Notes under the pieces: model-generated | Told to the model about the DNA's origin: nothing | The model's database searches: none | Seen by the model: the letters and a program-made list of their open reading frames with translations, nothing else | Shown here: piece by piece, positions 19,401 to 28,750 of the stretch | Position numbering within the stretch: the stretch's first letter is position 1 | Layout: every line of letters starts with the position of its first letter | Origin: an uncultured Bacteroidales bacterium | Lineage (GTDB): Bacteria; Bacteroidota; Bacteroidia; Bacteroidales; CAYRRV01 | Reading direction: 5' to 3' | Assembly (NCBI GenBank): GCA_964426725.1 | Contig: CAYRRV010000010.1 | Location: 155 to 64,154, forward strand | DNA: 64,000 nucleotides | Translations under genes and position numbers: made by a program

Positions 19401-20866
19401 CACCTTCAGATCAGGCATCAGATGTTGATGTATTCGCGCTACCACAGGTGGTTTTTAATTTGCCGGTAGAAAAAGAAATTAAATTATCTGAAGGAAATCT
19501 TCCTGGTAAGTACTACAAAATAAAACTGGAGGAGTTTAACATCGTTGGAGGACAAAGCTCATTAAGTGGAAATTACAGGTGGAATGAGAGAAAAGATGTT
19601 CTCGTGCTGGAATTAAATTCTATTTTGCACCCTGAAAATGAATACGAGATAAAAGTTAAAGTATCATTCCAGGAAAAGATAAATGGAGAATGGGTTCCAT
19701 TTAAAGAAGATGGTAAGATTCTCTCCGAAACCAGGAAATTGTCATTCAAAACTGGTAAACTGCCTGGCAAAATTCCTGCCGGGGAAGTTTTGCATAGTTA
19801 CCCGGTGAATCGACAAATGAATTTCTACAAGGATGAATACAAGAATGGATATATTATTTTCAGGAGGGATCTTTCACCCTTTTTTGAACAAATACCTGAC
19901 TACAGGAAGGAAGTGTGGTTAAGTACGGGCAATAGCCGGCCACTTGTAACAAAAATGGATTATATCTCTTCGGAAAATCGATTAGATTTCTCACTGCCGG
20001 AAGGTATAATGTTAAATAAAATATACTCGTGCGAACTCATGAATGTACCGACAAGTGCGGCAAAACGTATTGATCGCAATGTTGAAACTAAAATAGAATC
20101 GCGAAAACTAAATGATTCAACATCGATAGATATCAAGGGAAGCGTTGCAAGCGGTGAAGTCAGGTCTTTAGAGGAGAAATCATTCTTTTCAATAAAATTT
20201 CGGACAAGTATGTATTCATCACTAAAATCTAAAATCGGTGTTACTGAAAAAGAAGTAAGATCTCTATATCGGGTCGCGGAAAATGTATATTTCATGGGGA
20301 TTGTCTTTACCGGCGATGAGATGTTTGATAAATATGAAATTTATGGTTCGGAAAACAGCGAGTCATTGATTAAGGGAATTCCATTACCGCTGGAATCTAA
20401 ATTTTATTCTAAAGAAGTTCACCCGCTACTTTATAAAGTTTATCCATGGGGAAACACTAGTCAATGCATGGATTGGAGGGATCCTGATGAACCTGGGATT
20501 CCCCCGCTGGAAAATATCAAGATATGGCAAACCAACTGTAACAGGGTACTTAAAGATTCCGAGATCAAATCCGGAAGCCCGGAACCGGGGGCAACTTTGG
20601 TAAACTTGGTTTATACCTTGCCATATTTCTGGGCATATGATTACTATGATATGAGAGATTATTTACTCAATTATCCACCCAGTTACATGATGAAACCGGC
20701 AACCGTTGATTTTATTAAAGATAATTTCTGGTTGAGACCTGTTAAAGCAGACAAATACCCGGTTAAAATTGAATATCATTTGCCGGGTAGAGATATCGTA
20801 ACCTCTTCCTTCAAACTTACCTTCAATAATAAACTTAAAACAACATATGAAGACTTTAAAGAATAA
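16403..20866 (+). CDS. Giant (1487 aa) secreted or membrane-anchored hypothetical protein (locus gene B)
   Basis: Start chosen at 'MRKNCLLIICIFLHLAGW', a hydrophobic N-terminus 2 nt after the gene A stop. The track ORF begins at 16349 inside gene A. The frame is uninterrupted over 4.4 kb. I recognise no domain. Confidence 0.7.
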   Translation: MRKNCLLIICIFLHLAGWTGVVPVQVNEPGSGNAEFAYPLLSAGIFLPQNHKTIDEIETLSNEIHASERYIDRLDSGAFFNLPIGLTSGSNEDPAYTILISSMTLTPGGAYFDAFMMFKNPVDGKPVAFEALNVPFSFRGGLQGIVRMELVSEVAIKATREIDIKILPGTFVEFGCGGFQQMGLFGNLLFENSTFIKVDSKGNDLNEPLQAFFETTAKSFSDLTFSLSLDRFRLKCLPHLYFTCKDLTADFSDNMNPPAIVFPDNYAMTVTGADEMWKGIYIGQAAVTLGGPFSQEDKEELTLSAYSLLIDENGFTGTFGVENLASMGALNMDGWPFSINDFQIDFINSHISSGMFSGKLNVPFFGDENQLNYKALISSGGEYFFTVKPENNLQFPAFGNSSLELANTSVIEVSIIDDKFIPEANLNGRLNLNCPISDGDKGLNFKGMAFQGMRLATVEPLMTIDYLAYSGDEKGKFSGFPITIKSLELINREDDYVLNIHSVVNFSKSSEEGFGGESLIGIVSQKDNNKLKYKSAEIGMIKVSFSKPKAFSIEGEIAFAKGDAVYGNGFRGYLHATFTERFEVEALAVFGSINNSRYFFVDAAFMADPGIKAGPINFNGFMGGLYKHMSQKVGNNSGSQSFGKSLSGITYLPDPNIGIGIKAGVKFGLISKQLIDADACFEIVFEKSGGLKQILFTGNAKCITPEVPFNASQATDKLLKMVSKGREINVPAGLVTATIDLEMNFDKEDFHGELVTYINVGSFIRGVNPGGMAGKSVIHFDHEKWYLHIGSPQYPLGIEYAGIMRTGTYFMAGHDLPTTLPTNEKLLSHMSFSEDDFCKQRNSNILEGGKGFAFGTNFELSTGDLTFLIFYGSFEIGAGFDMMLLDYGSKAYCDGFSPPVGINGWYADGQAYAYLAGKIGLTAKLLGKQKKFEILSISSGALLNLQGPNPFYMQGFVSGNYNILNGIISGTCRFKVEAGEKCEIMTGNDDVEMEIIGDITPSDQASDVDVFALPQVVFNLPVEKEIKLSEGNLPGKYYKIKLEEFNIVGGQSSLSGNYRWNERKDVLVLELNSILHPENEYEIKVKVSFQEKINGEWVPFKEDGKILSETRKLSFKTGKLPGKIPAGEVLHSYPVNRQMNFYKDEYKNGYIIFRRDLSPFFEQIPDYRKEVWLSTGNSRPLVTKMDYISSENRLDFSLPEGIMLNKIYSCELMNVPTSAAKRIDRNVETKIESRKLNDSTSIDIKGSVASGEVRSLEEKSFFSIKFRTSMYSSLKSKIGVTEKEVRSLYRVAENVYFMGIVFTGDEMFDKYEIYGSENSESLIKGIPLPLESKFYSKEVHPLLYKVYPWGNTSQCMDWRDPDEPGIPPLENIKIWQTNCNRVLKDSEIKSGSPEPGATLVNLVYTLPYFWAYDYYDMRDYLLNYPPSYMMKPATVDFIKDNFWLRPVKADKYPVKIEYHLPGRDIVTSSFKLTFNNKLKTTYEDFKE

Positions 20867-22895
20867 ATATAGATATTTCATTCTCGCTGTATTCATAGTA
20901 AATTCATTATTTGGGTATCATGCTTATGCTCAACCCGGACGTGAAATAGTAGCTCTTGCTAATCATTTTGGTGACTCTGTTATGATACGGATAGCTCCTG
21001 CCACCATGGAAAGTTGGCAGGAATCAATAAGGAATGGTTTTATAATTGAAAAGTATTCTATTGATAATCATTACCATGAAAAGTTATTTAACCGTATAGA
21101 AATTCAACCATACCCGGTTGAATATTTTATGAATTATACCGGAACTGATTTATATATATCTATGATTGGCGAATTAATATATAATGAAAAACCTGAAGTA
21201 AACTATGATTTAAGTAGTAATCTTGCCAGTATTTTCGATGTTGCACAGAACAAAGAAAACCGTTTCAGCTATAGCCTGCTCTGTGCGGATATTTCATTCA
21301 ACGCGGCCAGGGCTGCCGGATTGGGTTACGTTGATAAAAATGTTGTAAAAGGTCAGAATTACCGGTACAAGATTATCTCAAGAAGCCAAAAATCAAATGC
21401 CGATACATTTCAAGTATACCCGGGAGCAGGTTCAATGCCACTACCAAAACCTGTTCAGCTTAATGCAAATACAGAGAGAAACCTGGTGATACTGAAATGG
21501 TCAAAAAGTTTTATCGAGAACAGGTACGTTTATTATGAAATAGAAAGAAAAGACGGACCTCTTGAACCGTTTCAGAAAATAAACAATCTCCCTTATGTTC
21601 CAATAGAAAATGCAGATATGGATCGAATGCCCTTTTATACTTACGTGGATACATTTAACCGGAATGATGAAGTGGCTTACAGGATAAAAGGAGTTACCTG
21701 CTTTGGAGAACAGGGTCCCTATTCCGATACGGTTCATACAGGGTACGTTTCGAAATTATACGATCTGCCTGTAATTCTAAAAAAAGCTATTGGAATAGAT
21801 ACCTTTTATATTGAATGGCAGTATCCCGAATACCCATCGGGTGATTCCCCGGAAGGATTTATAATTATGCAGTCTGATGTTTATGATGCTGGTTACAATA
21901 TTATTTCTGACAGCTTGAATCCTGAATCAAGAAACTTCCGCGGGAAACTTGGTAACAATTCTTTTTATATCAAGGTGTCGGCTTTCAGGAATGATGCCCG
22001 GGTGTCTTCACAACCGGTTCTGATTCAACCATTTGATACCATTCCGCCGGCAGCTCCCAAAATAGCTTTTGCTGAAATAGATACCAATGGGAATGTAAAT
22101 ATTTCCTGGAATTCTAACCCGGAACCTGATATATATGGATACAGGTTGTACCGGGCCAACGATACCAACGAGGAGTTTTCTCTTTTAACTGCATCACCAG
22201 TAAAAGACACTTTCTACCTGGATATTGTCAATTTAAATACCTTGTCTGAAAATGTCTGTTATAAACTAATGGCTCTTGACAAGAGACAAAATTATTCCAA
22301 ATTTTCGGAGTCTTTCGTGATAAAACGCCCGGACATTATTCCGCCGGCTTCTCCGGTTTTAACAAAAATTCAATCTGATTCATGCTGTAACAGGATTCTC
22401 TGGATAAATAGTTCGAGTAAAGATGTGAAGAAATACATTCTTTATAAATTTGCTGTCACTGACATGGATACTGTCGAAATTGACTTTCATGATACACTGA
22501 CTTGTTACATGGATTGTGAGCTCATGGTTGATGTGCCCACGAAATACGAGTTAGTGGCTGTTGATAAATCCGGTAATCATTCAAATAAATCAAACCCGCT
22601 TACTTTTGTAAATGCAAGTTGTAAACCAGGATTAGAAGTTGATTATCGAGTGTCAAGAAATAAAAGCGAGATAAATCTAACCTGGAAACTCAGGAAAGTG
22701 AGTTATAATAAATTTTTATTGTACAGGAAAAAGGGCGATGGTTCATTTATCTTTCATGCATCTTTAAATGGTGATGCTGAATACTATACAGATAGTAAAG
22801 TTACGCCTAAAACAGATTATCAATATTTGCTAAAGGGGATAGATAAATCTGGTTATTCGCGGATTCTAAATAAATCAGGGAGTATTAATTTCTAA
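20847..22895 (+). CDS. Secreted FN3-like multidomain protein (locus gene C)
   Basis: Signal peptide 'FILAVFIVNSLFGYHAYAQ'. Repeated FN3-like modules: 'IPPAAPKIAFAEIDTNGNVNISWNSNPEPDIYGYRLYRA', 'IPPASPVLTKIQ...ILWINSSSKDVKKYILYKF' and 'INLTWKL...FLLYRKK'. Overlaps the end of gene B by 20 nt. Confidence 0.65.
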   Translation: MKTLKNKYRYFILAVFIVNSLFGYHAYAQPGREIVALANHFGDSVMIRIAPATMESWQESIRNGFIIEKYSIDNHYHEKLFNRIEIQPYPVEYFMNYTGTDLYISMIGELIYNEKPEVNYDLSSNLASIFDVAQNKENRFSYSLLCADISFNAARAAGLGYVDKNVVKGQNYRYKIISRSQKSNADTFQVYPGAGSMPLPKPVQLNANTERNLVILKWSKSFIENRYVYYEIERKDGPLEPFQKINNLPYVPIENADMDRMPFYTYVDTFNRNDEVAYRIKGVTCFGEQGPYSDTVHTGYVSKLYDLPVILKKAIGIDTFYIEWQYPEYPSGDSPEGFIIMQSDVYDAGYNIISDSLNPESRNFRGKLGNNSFYIKVSAFRNDARVSSQPVLIQPFDTIPPAAPKIAFAEIDTNGNVNISWNSNPEPDIYGYRLYRANDTNEEFSLLTASPVKDTFYLDIVNLNTLSENVCYKLMALDKRQNYSKFSESFVIKRPDIIPPASPVLTKIQSDSCCNRILWINSSSKDVKKYILYKFAVTDMDTVEIDFHDTLTCYMDCELMVDVPTKYELVAVDKSGNHSNKSNPLTFVNASCKPGLEVDYRVSRNKSEINLTWKLRKVSYNKFLLYRKKGDGSFIFHASLNGDAEYYTDSKVTPKTDYQYLLKGIDKSGYSRILNKSGSINF

Positions 22896-22907
22896 AATTG
22901 ACAAATC

Positions 22908-25900
22908 ATGCGACGTTTGTTAATCATGCTGTGTTTTACTTTCATTTTTCAAAGTGTTTTTTTGCAGACGATAAGGAAAATAGCTGAATCTAATTATTAT
23001 GTAATTCATGATCATAGATATATTGAGAATCAAACAAGAGGTACTAAAACATTGAATCATTCAGAATATTTGTATTCAAATAAGGTAATAAATGCGGATT
23101 ATGAGGACTGTAAGATACTTAAGGAGAATGAGGACATATATCAGTACTATTGCATGTCAGTACATCCCCTTCTGAAAATAACAAATATTCAGAATCCTAT
23201 TTTAGAGGATGGAGGAATATTAAAAATTGAATTGCATGATGTGGATGAAAATTCTATATTTGATAGTCCTAGTGGAGCAAATGCAAAATATTATAATGCA
23301 CATTTGCAAGTAAATCTTGCCACCAACACCGGTTGGGAGGATCGGGAAAATATTATTTTGTGGCCCGGGATAAGGTCGATTAGGTATTCATCGCTTATAG
23401 GTTCTCACCCGGACTGGTTAGGAAAAGAGTTGAAAATACGGGTAGTGCAGCATCTGGGAGATATCTTATTTGTTGGAGAAGAAAGGCGAATCATGCTCAT
23501 GGAAAAGCTGGACGCGGAAATAACAAACATTGTTCAACCTTGCAATGAAATCCCACCCGGTTTTGATATTGATCTAACAAAAATTCCCGAGAGTGATAGT
23601 CTCGGGGAGAAATACTTTTTAATATCTATAGACAAGTTTACCAAAAGTTATACTGGTTATGATGATACAGTTCATTATAATAATGAAGTTTATTATAATT
23701 ATACCAATTCAACTTGCAATAAAAAATTGCCCATAGGACAAAATACGTTGTCTGTTACAAATAACTTTTGTGATATAGATAATTTTATATCAACAGGAGT
23801 TTACCGTGTAAATGTTAAGTTATTTGCGCTTAATAGAGACTACTTTACCTTAACAAAAAAGTTGTATTTCGAGAGAAAAGATTTTGAAGTAGAGGCATCA
23901 CCAACATACGATAGTGATTATACTTTAATAACAGGCGAAACCCATGGAAAAATTACCATTAAGTTTGTAAATTATGATCCTCCGTTCAAATACTGGACAA
24001 ATCACACGACACTATCAGGAGAGCCTTCTGTAAATGTACCTGATACTTTTCAATCCAACCATAAAAAAATTTTTGCGGATAACATGTTGGAGGGAAAACA
24101 CGTGATTTATGGTCAAACATCAAATGGTTGCGTGGCTAAATCAGAACAGGTTATACTTCAGGGACCGCCTTTGCCAGAAATTATTGTTGATTCAGTGAAG
24201 AATGTTTCTTGCAACATAAAAGACAAAGGAGAACATGATGATGGGATAATAATGTTTCACGAGATTGGTGGTATTCCCCCGTTTTTTTATACATTATACA
24301 GGGAAGGTGTTTCCCTTGATCATATAAATAATGCATCAGGTGCTGTTAAACAATTTGATGTCGAATTGACAAGTGGTAAATATGTTATATCAGGTAGCGA
24401 TTGCACGGGTTATCAATTTATTTCGAATACAATAGTTATTAAAGAACCATTATCCCTATCTCTTGATAATATCGAAAAAAACATGCCCAGTTGTTATGAA
24501 TTTCACGATGGTATGATAAAAGGAGTGATTAGTGGAGGGAACCCAAACTATAATTATTCTCACGATTCAATTAATTGGTCGGGGTCTCCTGCAATATCTA
24601 ACTTGTCTTCAGGAAATTATACATATCATGTTAAAGATAATCAGGGTTGTTATAATTCTTTCCCTGTTTCCTTATCTCAGCCTTCTGAATTGAATTTTCT
24701 TGCCGGACATAACGTTAAAACAACTTGTGAAACAGCTTCAAATGGGGAATATGGATTTAAAATTACTGGTGGAGCGCCTTACCGGGAAGGATATGATATT
24801 TTTTTAAACGGGAAACCCATCAATCAAAGAGTCCGGGATACAATCCTTACAGGATTATCAAGCGGGTATCATACAATCAAAGCTACTGACACCAATAATT
24901 GTCAGGTGCAAAAAGAAATATTTATCGATGTAAGTGAAAACCAAATGGAAATTTTGGAAGATTCGGTATGGGTCAAAAATGTTTCTTGTGCTGAAGTAAA
25001 TAATGGTAAGATACGGGTTAAAATAAAAGAATGTGAAATCCCAAATCCACCCTATACATTCTCGATTGGAATTCAAGGTATGGAAAGGACTGTAAATAAT
25101 GTTTCCGAAACTTTTCATGATTTAGGCGATGACAATTACGAGATATCTGTAACAGATAAGGATGGTTGCAATTCATCCCTGCCCGTGAAAGTAGACGTAA
25201 TCCCGAATCCCGTTCAGGCTCAGGTAGACAAGGTGCTTCCCGCCCGTTGTACTGGTTCTTTAACAGGAGTTGTTAGTGTTACCGGTTCAGATGGCATACC
25301 TTATTCTGATGGATACCAGATTGCCTTGACAGGTAGTGGAGTTGATACAACGCTGGCAAATTATGGTTATTCCTTCAATTACCATATGCTGGGTTCAGGT
25401 CATTACTCGGTGACCTTTGAAGATGCTGATGGTTGCCAGGCAACTGACTCATTTGAGATCAATGAAAATAGTTCCCCAGTATCCATACAACAATTTGGTC
25501 CTGTAGAACATCAGGCCTGTGATGAAATTCAAAATGGCCGTATTTCAGTAAATGCCGCTGTATTGAATAATGATAGTGAATTATCTATCCTGAATCTAAA
25601 TAGCAACATTGTAATCAATAATGATACCGCCAGTTTTGAATATTTAAAAGCGGGAGAGTACACGATAGTTGCCATGGACACCTTTAATTGTCGGGATACA
25701 TTTGTTATAACTGTTGATAATTTGCACATTAAGCCTCAAACTAGTTTGATTGATATGTTCCCGCAGCCCTGCCCCGGGATTAATAAGGGACATTTTCAGG
25801 TTAAAACCAATCATGTCGATTTCTACAAAGGTTTGACTTATACATTAATCCATGGAACCGATTCTGTGGTATATTCAAGTAATGATAGCCTGTATACCTT

Positions 25901-28733
25901 TAGAGATTTAAATTCTGGTTATTACAGGATAATAGTTGAAGAGTACCATGGCTGTAAGGGCCACATTGATATAAATTTATCCATGAATGAAAATCAGGTC
26001 AAGCTTTCAACTCCTGAAATTAAACCTTCTACTTGCATGACTTCGGAAAACGGTGAGGTTTCGATAATTGGTTCCGGCGGGTATCCATTCAAAGAAGGTT
26101 ACCTGTACATACTTTCTGATTATGATAGCCTGACCAGCAATTCTGGCAACTTTAAAGGATTAAATTGCGAGGATATTTATCAAATTAAAATTATCGATTC
26201 CATGGGTTGCCATGAGTCATCCCAGGCTTTTAAAATTCCGGTCGACAGAAATTTTTTACGAATCAAGTCTTTAAATACTATACCAACGAAATGCCCGGGA
26301 GACTCAACCGGTATACTGCAGGTAAAAACCCTGAATGGATTACCTTCAACGAGAGGCTTTAATCTTAGAATTTTCAACCATAAAAAAAGAGAAATTTTAA
26401 GCAGGTTTGTACCTGATAGTTTTAAACTTGATAATCTGAAAGGCGGGAATTATTACCTGTTAATTGAAGACTCGGTACAATGCGGTGTATCAGATCATTT
26501 TTCCATTAGTGAACCCTCACCGGTTGGCATTGATGTTACACACGGCTTTATTCCTGAAAAGGGCGGTAATGATGGCAGCGTTACCGTGAATATAAAAAAT
26601 GGAAACCCTAATTACATCCTGGAGTTTCTGAAAGCAAATGCACCTGAAGATACCCTTTACAGTGGCTATTCAGACTCACTTTTCTTTATGGACCAACTTA
26701 CTGCCGGAATTTATTTAGTAAAGGTGAAAGATGAAAATGGCTGCATCTATAATGGAAAGGAATGGACGACCGAGCTTGTTTCTATTCATGAACCGGAAGA
26801 AGCGTTAAAAGTTCGGGCAGAAAGAATTTTTCAACCAACCTGTAAAGGATACGATGATGGAATGATCCAGCTAAAAGGCAGTGGAGGCTGGGGAGATTCC
26901 TATTTATTTAGCATAGATTCGACCATTTATTCAGCTAATTCTGACTTTAAAAACTTAAAAGCAGGTAAGTATACATTCCATGTGCTGGATACTTCCGGTG
27001 TGCATGGAAGTCAATTAATCGAACTTCCTGAGCCTGACTCATTGACTGTTATCATAGATGAACTTTCTGAACCTAATTGTCATGGATATTCCGATGGTTT
27101 TGCCAAACTTATTATTTCAGGGGGTACCCCGGATTATTATATTTCACATGATTCAATAAACTGGATTCAGGGAGATTCTATTAATGATATCAGGGCTGGT
27201 AATAATAAATTACATGTTAAGGACATGCACGAGTGTTTTACAAGCACGGATTCATTTTATATTACCCAGCCACCCCCGTTATTGATAACAGATAGTGTCA
27301 TTATTAAATCTGCTTGCGGCAAAGCCAATGGAGCCATTGCCATAGAGGTAAGCGGGGGAACTCCCGGTTACATGTATAACTGGTATGGAAAAAATATCAA
27401 TATAAGCCGGGAAGCACGGGTTGATAATATCTCGGCAGGACGTTATAAAGCAGTGGTAAGGGATGGAAAGGGTTGTTATTTATCCCGTGATTTTAATGTT
27501 TCAGATATTTCTGATATTACTTTGGAGGTAGAATGGCTTGATAATGTAACATGTCATGGTAAAAGGGATGGCGCGGCAGAGATAAAATTGTCAGGTGGAT
27601 ACCCTCCTTACAAGTTTTATTTTGATGATAAACAAAGCACAACTTCATTAAGTGGAATACCCGAGGGAGATTACACTTGCATGGTTGTTGATTCGGCTGG
27701 TTGTCAACTATTTGAGAATATCAATATTGGCGGTCCGGCCAAATTGCAAATAACTCCGGAAATAGTTGAACCGTATTGTTTGGGTATTGAGAATGGAAAA
27801 ATTAAGCTGGATGTGACAGGGGGTACCCCACCTTACAATTATTACTGGAATACAGGAATACGGGGCAGGGAAATAAGTTCCCTTCCAAAAGGAAAATACC
27901 TGATTAAAGTAATTGATAATCATGATTGTGAATCTACCCGGGAGATTTTTTTAGATTACCAGCATTCATTACCTGTTTCGTTAAAAGATACTTTTAAGTT
28001 ATGCGAGGGACATGATTTGCTAGTGGAAGCTGGTGACTATTCAACTTATACCTGGTATGATGAAGATTTCAGGAAATTGGGAGAGGAAGACATTCTCCCG
28101 GTAAGTAACCAGGGTAAATACTACCTGGAAGTTACAGATGAAATGAATTGTGAGGCTCTTGATTCCTTCGAAATAAAGATTGTAGATATTGATATTTCAC
28201 CAGAATTTTTAGCCGCGAGTGTTATCAACCTGGGTGATACTTTACTGTTAATTGAAACATCTATTCCGTTTCCCGATTCTGTTTCTTGGAATTTTCGGGC
28301 AGAAACTTACCAGACCGATTTCAACGCTTATTCAAAAATGGTAATTCCTCGTGATACAGGCGAATTATTTGTTGGACTCACGGCCTGGTTGGATGGATGT
28401 GGAGCCAGCACGGCAAAAAAGATCCTTGTAAAAGAAATACTGGATGAAAATAAAAAGAAGTCAACCATAATGAACCTGGTGAAAAAGATAAACCTCTATC
28501 CAAATCCTGTTTCAGATTATATTAATGTTGATGTTCTGCTTTCGGAAACGAGAAGTTTGCATTTACGGTTAGTACACATGCAAACAGGTAGAGAAGTTCG
28601 AAGAATAGAATTTAAAGGAAGTAACCATTATAGTTTTGATATGAACCTGCAAGACATGATGAAAGGATACTACCTTTTTTATTTCGAAATTGGAGATGAA
28701 CGATTCTTCGAGAAAATATTAAAGCATCCATGA
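22908..28733 (+). CDS. SprB-repeat cell-surface protein with T9SS type A C-terminal sorting domain (locus gene D)
   Basis: About 15 repeats of the 'C..(x)..G.I.V...GG.PPY.Y' type, for example 'CHGKRDGAAEIKLSGGYPPYKFYF' and 'CLGIENGKIKLDVTGGTPPYNYYW'. The C-terminus 'LYPNPVSDYINVDV...GYYLFYFEIGDERFFEKILK' resembles a Por_Secre_tail. Confidence 0.8.
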   Translation: MRRLLIMLCFTFIFQSVFLQTIRKIAESNYYVIHDHRYIENQTRGTKTLNHSEYLYSNKVINADYEDCKILKENEDIYQYYCMSVHPLLKITNIQNPILEDGGILKIELHDVDENSIFDSPSGANAKYYNAHLQVNLATNTGWEDRENIILWPGIRSIRYSSLIGSHPDWLGKELKIRVVQHLGDILFVGEERRIMLMEKLDAEITNIVQPCNEIPPGFDIDLTKIPESDSLGEKYFLISIDKFTKSYTGYDDTVHYNNEVYYNYTNSTCNKKLPIGQNTLSVTNNFCDIDNFISTGVYRVNVKLFALNRDYFTLTKKLYFERKDFEVEASPTYDSDYTLITGETHGKITIKFVNYDPPFKYWTNHTTLSGEPSVNVPDTFQSNHKKIFADNMLEGKHVIYGQTSNGCVAKSEQVILQGPPLPEIIVDSVKNVSCNIKDKGEHDDGIIMFHEIGGIPPFFYTLYREGVSLDHINNASGAVKQFDVELTSGKYVISGSDCTGYQFISNTIVIKEPLSLSLDNIEKNMPSCYEFHDGMIKGVISGGNPNYNYSHDSINWSGSPAISNLSSGNYTYHVKDNQGCYNSFPVSLSQPSELNFLAGHNVKTTCETASNGEYGFKITGGAPYREGYDIFLNGKPINQRVRDTILTGLSSGYHTIKATDTNNCQVQKEIFIDVSENQMEILEDSVWVKNVSCAEVNNGKIRVKIKECEIPNPPYTFSIGIQGMERTVNNVSETFHDLGDDNYEISVTDKDGCNSSLPVKVDVIPNPVQAQVDKVLPARCTGSLTGVVSVTGSDGIPYSDGYQIALTGSGVDTTLANYGYSFNYHMLGSGHYSVTFEDADGCQATDSFEINENSSPVSIQQFGPVEHQACDEIQNGRISVNAAVLNNDSELSILNLNSNIVINNDTASFEYLKAGEYTIVAMDTFNCRDTFVITVDNLHIKPQTSLIDMFPQPCPGINKGHFQVKTNHVDFYKGLTYTLIHGTDSVVYSSNDSLYTFRDLNSGYYRIIVEEYHGCKGHIDINLSMNENQVKLSTPEIKPSTCMTSENGEVSIIGSGGYPFKEGYLYILSDYDSLTSNSGNFKGLNCEDIYQIKIIDSMGCHESSQAFKIPVDRNFLRIKSLNTIPTKCPGDSTGILQVKTLNGLPSTRGFNLRIFNHKKREILSRFVPDSFKLDNLKGGNYYLLIEDSVQCGVSDHFSISEPSPVGIDVTHGFIPEKGGNDGSVTVNIKNGNPNYILEFLKANAPEDTLYSGYSDSLFFMDQLTAGIYLVKVKDENGCIYNGKEWTTELVSIHEPEEALKVRAERIFQPTCKGYDDGMIQLKGSGGWGDSYLFSIDSTIYSANSDFKNLKAGKYTFHVLDTSGVHGSQLIELPEPDSLTVIIDELSEPNCHGYSDGFAKLIISGGTPDYYISHDSINWIQGDSINDIRAGNNKLHVKDMHECFTSTDSFYITQPPPLLITDSVIIKSACGKANGAIAIEVSGGTPGYMYNWYGKNINISREARVDNISAGRYKAVVRDGKGCYLSRDFNVSDISDITLEVEWLDNVTCHGKRDGAAEIKLSGGYPPYKFYFDDKQSTTSLSGIPEGDYTCMVVDSAGCQLFENINIGGPAKLQITPEIVEPYCLGIENGKIKLDVTGGTPPYNYYWNTGIRGREISSLPKGKYLIKVIDNHDCESTREIFLDYQHSLPVSLKDTFKLCEGHDLLVEAGDYSTYTWYDEDFRKLGEEDILPVSNQGKYYLEVTDEMNCEALDSFEIKIVDIDISPEFLAASVINLGDTLLLIETSIPFPDSVSWNFRAETYQTDFNAYSKMVIPRDTGELFVGLTAWLDGCGASTAKKILVKEILDENKKKSTIMNLVKKINLYPNPVSDYINVDVLLSETRSLHLRLVHMQTGREVRRIEFKGSNHYSFDMNLQDMMKGYYLFYFEIGDERFFEKILKHP

Positions 28734-28750
28734 TGAAATTTTTAAGTTAG

